NCBI GenBank assembly: GCA_030390025.1
Contig: CM059432.1
Coordinates: forward strand, 60,824,001-60,888,000
Origin: Squalus acanthias
Lineage: Eukaryota
Direction of reading: 5' to 3'
DNA: 64,000 nucleotides
The position numbers and the translations under genes are program-made. This document shows positions 52,901 through 64,000 of this stretch, in pieces. Under the pieces are notes generated by a model. It was not told the origin of the DNA and ran no database searches. It saw nothing but the letters and a program-made list of their open reading frames with translations. Numbering within the stretch: the first letter of the stretch is position 1; each line of letters starts with the position of its first letter.

Positions 52901-55900
52901 ACACGAGGAATGTTTTTCTGTATTGGACATGAGCAGTGTTTTTGATTATTGGACACGAGGAGAGTTTTTGATTATTGGACACGAGGAGTGTTTTTCATTA
53001 CTGGACACGAGGAGTGTTTTTGATTATTGGACACGAGGAATGTTTTTCATTATTGGACACGAGGAATGTTTTTCATTATTGGACACGAGGAGTGTTTTTC
53101 ATTATTGGACACGAGGAGTGTTTTTCATTATTGGACACGAGGAGTGTTTTTCATTATTGGTCACGAGGATTGTTTTTCATTACTGGACACGAGGAGTGTT
53201 TTTCATTATTGGACACGAGGAATGTTTTTCATTATTGGACACGAGGAGTGTTTTTCATTATTGGACACGAGGAGTGTTTTTCATTATTGGTCACGAGGAT
53301 TGTTTTTCATTACTGGACACGAGGAGTGTTTTTGATTATTGGACACGAGGATTGTTTTTCATTACTGGACACGAGGAGTGTTTTTCATTACTGCACACGA
53401 GGAGTATTTTTCATTACTAGACATGAGGAGTGTTTTTGATTATTGGACACGAGGAGTGTTTTTCATTACTGGACACGAGGAGTGTTTTTCATTACTAGAC
53501 ATGAGGAGTGTTTTTCATTATTGGACACGTGGAGTGTATTTCATTATTGGTCACGAGGAGTGTTTTTCGTTATTGGACACGAGGAATGTTTTTCATTATT
53601 GGACACGAGGATTGTTTTTCATTACTAGACATGAGGAGTGTTTTTCATTACTGGACATGAGGAGTGTTTTTCATTATTGGACACGAGGAGTGTTTTTCAT
53701 TACTAGACATGAGGAGTGTTTTTCATTATTGGACACGAGGAGTGTTTTTCATTATTGGACACGAGGAGTGTTTTTCATTATTGGACACGAGGAGTGTTTT
53801 TCATTATTGGACACGAGGAGTGTTTTTCATTACTGGACACGAGGAGTGTTTTTGATTATTGGACACGAGGAGTGTTTTTCATTATTGGACACGAGGAGTG
53901 TTTTTCATTATTGGACACGAGGAGTGTTTTTCATTATTGGACACGAGGAGTGTTTTTCATTACTGGACACGAGGAGTGTTTTTCATTACTGGACACGAGG
54001 AGTGTTTTTCATTATTGGACACGAGGAGTGTTTTTCATTATTGGACACGAGGAGTGTTTTTCATTATTGGACACGAGGAGTGTTTTTCATTATTGGACAC
54101 GAGGAGTGTTTTTCATTATTGGACACGAGGAGTGTTTTTCATTATTGGACACGAGGAGTGTTTTTCATTATTGGACACGTGGAGTGTTTTTCATTATTGG
54201 ACACGAGGAGTGTTTTTCATTATTGGACACGAGGAGTGTTTTTCATTACTGGACATGAGGAGTGTTTTTCATTATTGGACACGAGGAGTGTTTTTCATTA
54301 TTGGACACGAGGAGTGTTTTTCATTATTGGACACGAGGAGTGTTTTTCATTACTAGACATGAGGAGTGTTTTTCATTATTGGACACGAGGAGTGTTTTTC
54401 ATTATTGGACACGTGGAGTGTATTTCATTATTAGACACGAGGAGTGTTTTTCATTATTGGACACGAGGAGTGTTTTTCATTCTTGGACATGAGGAGTGTT
54501 TTTCATCACTAGACATGAGGAGTGTTTTTCATTATTGGACACGAGGAGTGTTTTTCATTATTGGACACGAGGAGTGTTTTTCATTCTGGACACGAGGAGT
54601 GTCTTTTATTATTGGACACGAGGAGTGTTTTTCATTATTGGACACGAGGAGTGTTTTTCAATTCTGGGCACGAGGAGTGTTTATCATTATTGGACACGTG
54701 AAGTTTTTTTCATCACTGGAAAAGAGGAGTGTTTTTCATTTCTGGACACGAGGAGTGTTTTTCATTATTGGAAACGAGGAGTGTTTTTCTTTATTGGACA
54801 CAAGGAGTGTTTTTCATTACTTGACATGTGGAGTATTTTTCTTTATTGGACATGAGGATTTTTTTTCATTCCTGTACACGTGGAGTGTTTTTCATTACTG
54901 GACACGTGAAGTGTATTTCATTATTGAACACGAGGATTATTTTTCATTATTGGACACGAGAAGTGTTTTTCATTATTCGACAGGAGGAGTGTTTTTCATT
55001 GCTGGACACGAGGAGTGTTTTTTATTATTGGACACGAGGAGTGTTTTTGATTATTGGACACGAGGAGTGTTTTTGATTATTGGACAGGAGGAGTGTTTTT
55101 GATTATTGGACACGAGGAGTGTTTTTCATTATTGGACACGAGGAGTGATTTTTATTACTGGACACGAGGAGTGATTTTCATTATTGGACACGAGGAGTGT
55201 TTTTGATTATTGGACACGAGGAGTGTTTTTGATTATTGGACACGAGGAGTGTTTTTGATTATTGGACACGAGGAGTGATTTTTATTACTGGACACGAGGA
55301 GTGATTTTTATTACTGGACACGAGGAGTGTTTTTCATTTTTGAACAGCAGGAGTGTTTTTCATTCTTGGACACGAGGAGTGTTTTTCATTGCTGGACCCG
55401 AGGAGAGTTTGTCATTATTGGACACGTGGAGTGTTTTTGATTATTGGACATGAGGAGTGTTTTTCATTACTAGACATGAGGAGTGTTTTTGATTATTGGA
55501 AACGAGGTGTGTTTTTCATTGTTGGACACGAGGAGTGTTTTTCATTATTGGACACGTGGAGTGTTTTTGATTATTGGACAAGAGGAGTGTTTTTCATTAC
55601 TAGACATGAGGAGTGTTTTTGATTATTGGACACGAGGAGTGTTTTTCATTATTGGACATGAGGAGTGTTTTTCATTACTGGACAGGAGGAGTGTTTTTCA
55701 TTATTGGACACGAGGAGTGTTTTTCATTGTTGGACACGAGGAGTGTTTTTCATTATTGGACACGAGGAGTGTTTTTCATTGCTGGACACGAGGAGTGTCT
55801 TTTATTATTGGACACGTGGAGTGTTTTTCATTATTGGACACGTGGAGTGTTTTTCAATTCTGGGCACGAGGAGTGTTTATCATTATTGGACACGTGAAGT

Positions 55901-57264
55901 TTTTTTCATCACTGGAAAAGAGGAGTGTTTTTCAATTCTGGACACGAGGAGTGTTTTTCATTATTGGACACGAGGAGTGTTTTTCTTTATTGGACACAAG
56001 GAGTTTTTTTCATTACTTGACACGTGGAGTATTTTTCTTTATTGGACATGAGGAGTTTTTTTCATTCCTGTACACGTGGAGTGTTTTTCATTACTGGACA
56101 CGTGAAGTGTATTTCATTATTGAACACGTGAAGTGTATTTCATTATTGAACACGAGGATTATTTTTCATTATTGGACACGAGAAGTGTTTTTCATTATTC
56201 GACAGGAGGAGTGTTTTTCATTTTTGAACAGCAGGAGTGTTTTTCATTCTTGGACACGAGGAGTGTTTTTCATTATTGGACACGAGGAGTGTTTTTCATT
56301 ATTGGACACGAGGAGTGTTTTTCATTATTGGACACGAGGAGTGTTTTTGATTATTGGACACGAGGAGTGTTTTTCATTATTGGACACGAGAAGTATTTTT
56401 CATTATTCGACAGGAGGAGTGTTTTTGATTATTGGACACGAGGAGTGTTTTTGATTATTGGACACGAGGAGTGATTTTTATTACTGGACACGAGGAGTGA
56501 TTTTCATTATTGGACACGAGGAGTGTTTTTGATTATTGGACATGAGGATTGTTTTTGATTATTGGACACAAGGAGTACTTTTCATTGTTGGACACGAGGA
56601 GTGTTTTTCATTATTGGACACGAGGAGTGTTTTTGATTATTGGACACGAGGAGTGTTTTTGATTATTGGACACGAGGAGTGATTTTTATTACTGGACACG
56701 AGGAGTGATTTTTATTACTGGACACGAGGAGTGTTTTTCATTATTGGACACGAGAAGTATTTTTCATTATTCGACACGAGGAATGTTTTTCATTTTTGGA
56801 CACGAGGAGTGTTTTTCATTCTTGGACACGAGGAGTGTTTTTCATTATTGGACACGAGGAGTGTTTTTCATTATTGGACACGAGGAGTGTTTTTCATTAT
56901 TGGACACGAGGAGTGTTTTTCATTATTGGACACGAGGAGTGTTTTTCATTATTGGACACGAGGAGTGTTTTTCATTATTGGACACGAGGAGTGTTTTTCA
57001 TTACTTGACACGTGGAGTATTTTTCTTTATTGGACATGAGGAGATTTTTTTCATTCCTGGACACGAGGAGTGTTTTTCATTACTTGACACGTGGAGTATT
57101 TTTCTTTATTGGACATGAGGAGATTTTTTTCATTATTGGACACGAGGAGTGTTTTTCATTATTGGACACGAGGAGTGTTTTTTATTATTGGACACGAGGA
57201 GTGTTTTTCTTTACTGAACACACGGAGTGTTTTTCTTTACTGAACACAAGGAGTACTTTTCATT

Positions 57265-57314
57265 CGATAGCAGCCTGGCCTGCTGAGTTTTTCCATCGTT
57301 TTCTGTTGTTATTT
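57265..57314 (+). mobile_element. 50-bp insert related to the 62243-62379 element, with a 14-bp TSD
   Basis: 43/45 identity to the reverse complement of ~62276-62320. It is flanked by GAGTACTTTTCATT at 57251-57264 and 57315-57328. Confidence 0.8.
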
Positions 57315-60300
57315 GAGTACTTTTCATTGTTGGACAAGAGGAGTGTTTTTCATTGCTGGACACGAGGATTGTTTTTCCTTACTGGACAGGAGAATTTTTT
57401 TTCATTACTGGACACGAGGAGTGTTTTTCATTCTTGGTTTCGTGGAGTGTTTTTCATTTTTGGACACGAGGAGTGTTTTTCATTCTTGGACTCGTGGAGT
57501 GTTTTTTATTATTGGACACGGGGAGTGTTTTTCATTTTTGGACACGAGGAGTGTTTTTCATTCTTGGACTCGTGGAGTGTTTTTTATTATTGGACACGAG
57601 GAGTGTTTTTCATTATTGGACACGTGGAGTGTTTTTCATTATTGGACACGAGGAGTGTTTTTCAATTCTGGGCACGAGGAGTGTTTTTCATTATTGGACA
57701 CGAGGAGTGTTTTTCATTACTGGACACGAGGAGTGTTTTTCATTATTGGACACGAGGAGTGTTTTTCATTACTGGACACGAGGAGTGTTTTTCATTATTG
57801 GACACGAGGAGTGTTTTTCATTACTTGACACGTGGAGTATTTTTCTTTATTGGACATGAGGATTATTTTTCATTATTGGACACGAGAAGTGTTTTTCATT
57901 ATTGGACACGAGGAGTGTTTTTCATTATTGGACACGAGGAGTGTTTTTCATTATTGGACACGAGGAGTGTTTTTCATTATTGGACACGAGGAGTGTTTTT
58001 CATTATTGGACACGAGGAGTGTTTTTCATTATTGGACACGAGGAGTGTTTTTCATTCTTGGACATGAGGAGTGTTTTTCATTACTGGACACGAGGAGTGT
58101 TTTTCATTATTGGACACGAGGAGTGTTTTTCATTACTGGACACGAGGAGTGTTTTTCTTTACTGAACACGAGGAGTGTTTTTCATTACTGGACACGAGGA
58201 GAGTTTTTCATTATTGGACACGAGGAGTATTTTTCATTCCTGGACACGTGGAGTATTTTTCTTTATTGGACATGAGGAGATTTTTTTCATTATTGGACTC
58301 GTGGAGTTTTTTTCATTTTTGGACACGAGGAGTGTTTTTCATTACTGGACATGAGGAGTGTTTTTCATTACTGGACATGAGGAGTGTTTTTGAGTATTGG
58401 ACACGAGGAGTGTTTTTCATTACTAGACATGAGGAGTGTTTTTGAGTATTGGACACGAGGAGTGTTTTTCATTACTGGAGACGAGGAGTGTTTTTCTTAC
58501 TAGACATGAGGAGTGTTTTTCATTTTTGGAGACGTGGATTGTTTTTCATTATTGGACACGAGGAGCGTTTTTTATTCCTGGACACGTGGAGTGATTTTCA
58601 TTTCTAGACATGTGGAGTGTTTTTCATTATTGGACACGAGGAGTGTTTTTCATTACTAGACATGAGGAGTGTTTTTGATTATTGGACACGAGGAGTGTTT
58701 TTCATTACTAGACATGAGGAGTGTTTTTCATTACTGGACATGAGGAGTGTTTTTCATTATTGGACACGTGGAGTGTTTTTCATTACTGGACACGAGGAGT
58801 GTTTTTGATTATTGGACACGAGGAGTGTTTTTCATTACTGGACACTGAGGAGTGTTTTTCATTACTTGACACGAGGAGTGTTTTTCATTACTGGACACGA
58901 GGAGTGTTTTTCATTACTGGACACGAGGAGTGTTTTTGATTATTGGACACGAGGAGTGTTTTTCATTACTGGACATGAGGAGTGTTTTTTATTATTGGAC
59001 ACGAGGAGTGTTTTTCATTACTGGACATGAGGAGTGTTTTTCATTATTGGACACGAGGAGTGTTTTTCATTATTGGACACGAGGAGTGTTTTTCATTATT
59101 GGACATGAGGAGTGTTTTTCATTACTGGAGACGAGGAGTGTTTTTCATTACTGGACATGAGGAGTGTTTTTCATTATTGGACATGAGGAGTGTTTTTCAT
59201 TATTGGACATGAGGAGTGTTTTTCATTATTGGACACGAGGAGTGTTTTTCATTATTGGACATGAGGAGTGTTTTTCATTACTAGACATGAGGAGTGTTTT
59301 TGATTATTGGACACGAGGAGTGTTTTTCATTACTAGACATGAGGAGTGTTTTTGATTATTGGACACGAGGAGTGTTTTTCATAACTAGACATGAGGAGTG
59401 TTTTTCATTGCTGGACATGAGGAGTGTTTTTCATTACTGGACACGAGGAGTGTTTTTCATTACTAGACACGAGGAGTGTTTTTGATTATTGGACACGAGG
59501 AGTGTTTTTCATTACTGAACACGAGGATTGTTTTTCATTATTGGACACGAGGAGTTTGTTTCATTCCTGGACAGGAGAATTGTTTTTCATTATTGGACAC
59601 GAGGAGTGTTTTTCATTATTGGACACGAGGAGTGTTTTTCATTACTGGACACGAGGAGTGTTTTTCTTTACTGACACGAGGAGTGTTTTTCATTACTGGA
59701 CACGAGGAGAGTTTTTCATTATTGGACACGAGGAGTATTTTTCATTACTGGACACGTGGAGTATTTTTCTTTATTGGACATGAGGAGATTTTTTTCATTA
59801 TTGGACTCGTGGAGTTTTTTTCATTATTGGACACGAGGAGTGTTTTTCATTACTGGACATGAGGAGTGTTTTTCATTACTGGACATGAGGAGTGTTTTTG
59901 AGTATTGGACACGAGGAGTGTTTTTCATTACTAGACATGAGGAGTGTTTTTGAGTATTGGACACGAGGAGTGTTTTTCATTACTGGAGACGAGGAGTGTT
60001 TTTCTTACTAGACATGAGGAGTGTTTTTCATTATTGGAGACGTGGATTGTTTTTCATTATTGGACACGAGGAGCGTTTTTTATTCCTGGACACGTGGAGT
60101 GATTTTCATTACTAGACATGTGGAGTGTTTTTCATTATTGGACACGAGGAGTGTTTTTCATTACTAGACATGAGGAGTGTTTTTGATTATTGGACACGAG
60201 GAGTGTTTTTCATTACTAGACATGAGAAGTGTTTTTCATTACTGGACATGGGGAGTGTTTTTCATTATTGGACATGAGGAGTGTTTTTCATTACTAGACA

Positions 60301-62242
60301 TGAGGAGTGTTTTTGATTATTGGACACGAGGAGTGTTTTTCATTACTGGACATGAGGAGTGTTTTTCATTATTGGACATGAGGAGTGTTTTTCATTACTA
60401 GACATGAGGAGTGTTTTTGATTATTGGACACGAGGAGTGTTTTTCATTACTGGACATGAGGAGTGTTTTTGATTATTGGACACGAGGAGTGTTTTTCATT
60501 ACTAGACATGAGGAGTGTTTTTCATTACTGGACATGAGGAGTGTTTTTCATTACTGGACACGAGGAGTGTTTTTCATTACTAGACATGAGGAGTGTTTTT
60601 GATTATTGGACACGAGGAGTGTTTTTCATTACTAGACATGAGGAGTGTTTTTCATTACTGGACATGAGGAGTGTTTTTCATTATTGGACACGAGGAGTGT
60701 TTTTCATTACTGGACATGAGGAGTGTTTTTGATTATTGGACACGAGGAGTGTTTTTCATTACTAGACATGAGGAGTGTTTTTCATTACTGGACATGAGGA
60801 GTGTTTTTCATTATTGGACACGTGGAGTGTTTTTCATTACTGGACACGAGGAGTGATTTTCATTATTGGACACGAGGAGTGTTTTTCATTACTAGACATG
60901 AGGAGTGTTTTTGATTATTGGACACGAGGAGTATTTTTCATTACTGGAGATGAGGAGTGTTTTTCATTACTAGACATGAGGAGTGTTTTTCTTTATTGGA
61001 GACGTGGATTGTTTTTCATTATTGGACACGAGGAGCGTTTTTTATTCCTGGACACGTGGAGTGTTTTTCATTACTAGACATGTAGAGTGTTTTTCATTAT
61101 TGGACACGAGGAGTGTTTTTCATTACTAGACATGAGGAGTGTTTTTGATTATTGGACACGAGGAGTGTTTTTCATTACTAGACATGAGAAGTGTTTTTCA
61201 TTACTGGACATGAGGAGTGTTTTTCATTATTGGACATGAGGAGTGTTTTTCATTACTAGACATGAGGAGTGTTTTTCATTATTGGACACGAGGAGTGTTT
61301 TTCATTACTAGACATGAGGAGTGTTTTTGATTATTGGACACGAGGAGTGTTTTTCATTACTAGACATGAGGAGTGTTTTTGATTATTGGACACGAGGAGT
61401 GTTCTTCATTGCTGGACATGAGGAGTGTTTTTCATTACTAGACATGAGGAGTGTTTTTGATTATTGGACACGAGGAGTCTTTTTCATTACTGGACATGAG
61501 GAGTGTTTTTTATTATTGGACACGAGGAGTGTTTTTCATTACTGGACACGAGGATTGTTTTTCATTACTGGACATGAGGAGTGTTTTTCATTATTGGACA
61601 TGAGGAGTGTTTTTGATTATTGGACACGAGGAGTGTTTTTCATTACTAGACATGAGGAGTGTTTTTGATTATTGGACACGAGGAGTGTTTTTCATTACTA
61701 GACATGAGGAGTGTTTTTCATTACTGGACATGAGGAGTGTTTTTCATTACTGGACACGAGGAGTGTTTTTCATTACTAGACACGAGGAGTGTTTTTGATT
61801 ATTGGACACGAGGAGTGTTTTTCATTACTGAACACGAGGATTGTTTTTCATTATTGGACACGTGGAGTTTGTTTTATTCCTGGACAGGAGAATTGTTTTT
61901 CATTATTGGACACGAGGAGTATTTTTCATTATTCGACAGGAGGAGTGTTTTTCATTGCTGGACACGAGGAGTGTTTTTCATTTTTGAACAGGAGGAGTGT
62001 TTTTCATTCTTGGACACGAGGAGTGTATTTTCTTACTGGACAGGAGAATTTTTTTTCATTATTGGACACGAGGAGTGTTTTTCATTACTGGACAGGAGGA
62101 GTGTTTTTCATTCTTGGACACGAGGAGTGTTTTTCATTATTGGACACGAGGAGTGTTTTTCATTATTGGACACGAGGAGTGTTTTTCATTATTGGACACG
62201 AGGAGTGTTTTTCATTATTGAACACGAGGATTGTTTTTCATT

Positions 62243-62379
62243 TGATAGCAAAATACTGCGGATGCTGGAAATCCGAAATAACAACAGAAAACGCTGGAAA
62301 AACTCAGCAGGCCAGGCAGCATCCGTGGAGAGAGAAACAGAGTTAACGTTTCAGGTCGAAGACCTTTCGTCAGAACTGG
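62243..62379 (-). mobile_element. Short retroelement fragment (Penelope-like terminal-repeat type) carrying a hammerhead motif
   Basis: A non-satellite insert of ~135 bp containing a minimal hammerhead core on the minus strand. The family assignment is inferred from the known association of minimal type I hammerheads with Penelope-like elements. Confidence 0.7.
62341..62377 (-). ncRNA. Minimal type I hammerhead ribozyme motif
   Basis: The minus strand reads AGUU-CUGACGA-A-AGGUC(UUC)GACCU-GAAA-CG-UU-AACU. This gives both conserved core boxes, a 5-bp stem II, a 4-bp stem I, a palindromic loopless stem III and a GUU cleavage triplet. Confidence 0.75.
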
Positions 62380-62726
62380 TTTTTCATTGCTGGACACGTT
62401 GAGTGTTTTTCATTCTTGGACACGAGGAGTGTCTTTCATTTGTGGATACAGTGTGTGTATTTCCACAAAGGAAATTTATTATCTCATTTGTTGTTCTTGC
62501 TCCAAGGGAGCTCTTTAAACCATCATAAAATACAAACCAATCAAGCAAGCAGTTTTCTCTTATGAAGAGAAATACATCTGTTACAGAGGTACTGTCCATA
62601 AAATTCTAATCTACCCTAAATAGCTCTTTCCCAGCACTGGTATCTTAATATTACTAACCAATTGCAAGATAATATAAAATGCTCCAGAATACAGTTTTTA
62701 TCTTTCTGCAGGCACCAAACTCCTTC

Positions 62727-63255
62727 GGCAGGATTTTAACTCCCTCCGGTGGAAACTGCATGGTACGGGATTTAAATCAAAGCCATCCACTTCATCTAGT
62801 TTTTCCACCCCACGACTATCTTAAAGCTGGACTGCTCAATAGAAGCTGCTGGACCAAAAGTCGAGGCTGTTTACAGCAAGTAAAAAGCACTGGTTTTTGT
62901 AGTGCCAGGAGGGGCACGAGTGCTCCTCTGGACCCCATCAAAATAATTTGGTGCCTCTACCATCCCAGGCTCCCTGACTTCTACACTCGCAAAAAATTCC
63001 CAGCCACTCCCCACCGCCAACCCACCCCCGCCCCCCAGCCCGCCTCCTATGACTTACCTTGCTGTCGGCGAGGTGACCTTCAGGCCGCCAAATATTGCAC
63101 TGCTCAAACCCAATGAGCTACCTCTGGTTGCCAGTTTCGTCTGCTCTATTTAAATGAGTCCTGGCCGTTAAAATGGACCATGGCTCACGCTGCACTTCCT
63201 GGGCAGTCGACCTGTGCATTCTGCCGGCCAGCCACCCTGCAGTTAAAATTCCCGC
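62727..63255. mobile_element. Harbinger-type MITE, decayed
   Basis: Imperfect TIRs GGCAGGATTTTAACT and rc GCGGGAATTTTAACT. Confidence 0.55.
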
Positions 63256-63274
63256 TCTTGGATCCATGATCTCA

Positions 63275-63434
63275 GCAAATGTAACCCCACTATTGCAAAT
63301 GTAACCCCACTATTGCAAATGTAACCCCACTATTGCAAATGTAACCCCAGTATTGCAAATGTAACCCCACTATTGCAAATGTAACCCCACTATTGCAAAT
63401 GTAACCCCACTATTGCAAATGTAACCCCACTACT
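63275..63434 (+). repeat. 20-bp tandem repeat x8 derived from CR1 coding sequence
   Basis: GCAAATGTAACCCCACTATT x8 encodes ANVTPL, the start of the adjacent CR1 RT region. Confidence 0.95.
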
Positions 63435-63917
63435 TAAGAAAGGAGGGAGAGAGAAAACGGGGAACTACAGACCAGTTAGCCTGACATCAGTAGTAGGGAA
63501 AATGCTAGAATCTATTATTAAGGACGTTCTAACAGGGCACTTCGAAAATAATAATAGGATTGGGCAGAGTCAACACGGATTTATGAAAGGGAAATTGTGT
63601 TTGACAAATCTGTTCGAGTTTTTTGAGGTTGTAACTAGCAGAATAGATAAGGGGGAACCAGTGGATGTGGTGTATTTGGATTTTTAGAAGGCATTCGATA
63701 AGGTGCTACACAAGAGGATATTAAGCAAAATTGGGGCTCATGGGATTGAGGGTAATATACTAGCATGGATTGAGGATTGGCTAACGGACAGAAAACAGAG
63801 AGTAGGAATAAATGGGTCCTTTTCGGCTGTAACTAGTGGGGTACCGCAAGGATCAGTCCTTGGGCCTCAGCTATTCACAATCTACATCAATGATTTGGAC
63901 GAGGGGACCAAATGTAA
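63275..63917 (+). mobile_element. CR1 LINE reverse-transcriptase fragment
   Basis: [72 protein letters not shown], with an in-frame stop. Confidence 0.93.
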
Positions 63918-64000
63918 TGAGGCAGAAATTCCGATCCCTACGGGTGTGTACGCGCTGTGTACTCACCCGTAGGGCCAACGGAAATGCCGATTTTAGGCAT
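63918..64000. mobile_element. Start of a probable MITE interrupting the CR1
   Basis: CR1 homology stops abruptly before the FADD motif, and GAGGCAGAAATTCC resembles the local MITE termini. The sequence is truncated by the window edge. Confidence 0.45.

Larger units (their letters stand above)
16986..62450 (+). repeat. 26-bp tandem satellite, ~45.5 kb, ~1,750 monomers
   Basis: Continuous head-to-tail GGACACGAGGAGTGTTTTTCATTA(T/C)T. The flanks (17-30.8 kb, 46.7-62.4 kb) are diverged and contain higher-order repeats, while the core is near-invariant. Confidence 0.99.

Noticed and set aside
16940..62402. Giant repeat-protein ORFs (up to 1,991 aa)
   Set aside because: These are translations of a 26-bp satellite open in all three frames. 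Frequent frameshifts and stop variants occur, and there is no unique domain or gene structure.
16986..62450. CRISPR-like array
   Set aside because: The repeats are head-to-tail with no unique spacers, there are no cas genes, and the context is vertebrate.
16986..62450. CENP-B box similarity (CATTATTGGACACGAGG vs CTTCGTTGGAAACGGGA)
   Set aside because: The match is 11/17 overall but only 5 of the 9 essential positions, and TTCG is absent.
62679..63116. 145-aa ORF / splice-acceptor-like TTTCTGCAG at ~62711
   Set aside because: It lies almost entirely inside a MITE and has no recognisable protein features.

Overview
This is eukaryotic, gene-free, repeat-saturated DNA. The SINE, LINE and Harbinger repertoire resembles that of cartilaginous fish (inference). 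Positions 1-17 kb are a pile-up of nested, decayed mobile elements. They include a minus-strand LTR retroelement 5' end (759-bp LTR plus a perfect tRNA-Leu primer-binding site), several PIF/Harbinger-type MITEs and Harbinger remnants (Myb/SANT-like exons and DDE transposase pieces). There are also 29-bp and 19-bp minisatellites, a near full-length frameshifted RTE LINE, a tRNA-derived SINE and a CR1/L2-group LINE 3' end. About 16,990-62,450 is a ~45.5-kb tandem satellite of a 26-bp unit (GGACACGAGGAGTGTTTTTCATTAYT, ~1,750 copies) with higher-order repeats in its flanks and an almost invariant core. All the giant 'GHEECFSLLDTRSVFHYWTRGVFFII' ORFs are translations of this satellite. The right end holds a MITE and a CR1 fragment. 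I found no intact host gene, no CRISPR array and no convincing novel protein-coding system. The most notable observations are: (1) orphan satellite monomers 12.5 kb upstream of the main array, split by a MITE; (2) a hammerhead-ribozyme-bearing insert and a related TSD-flanked micro-insert inside the satellite; (3) the layered satellite architecture, whose core may be partly an assembly-consensus artefact; (4) a structured, intact PBS region.
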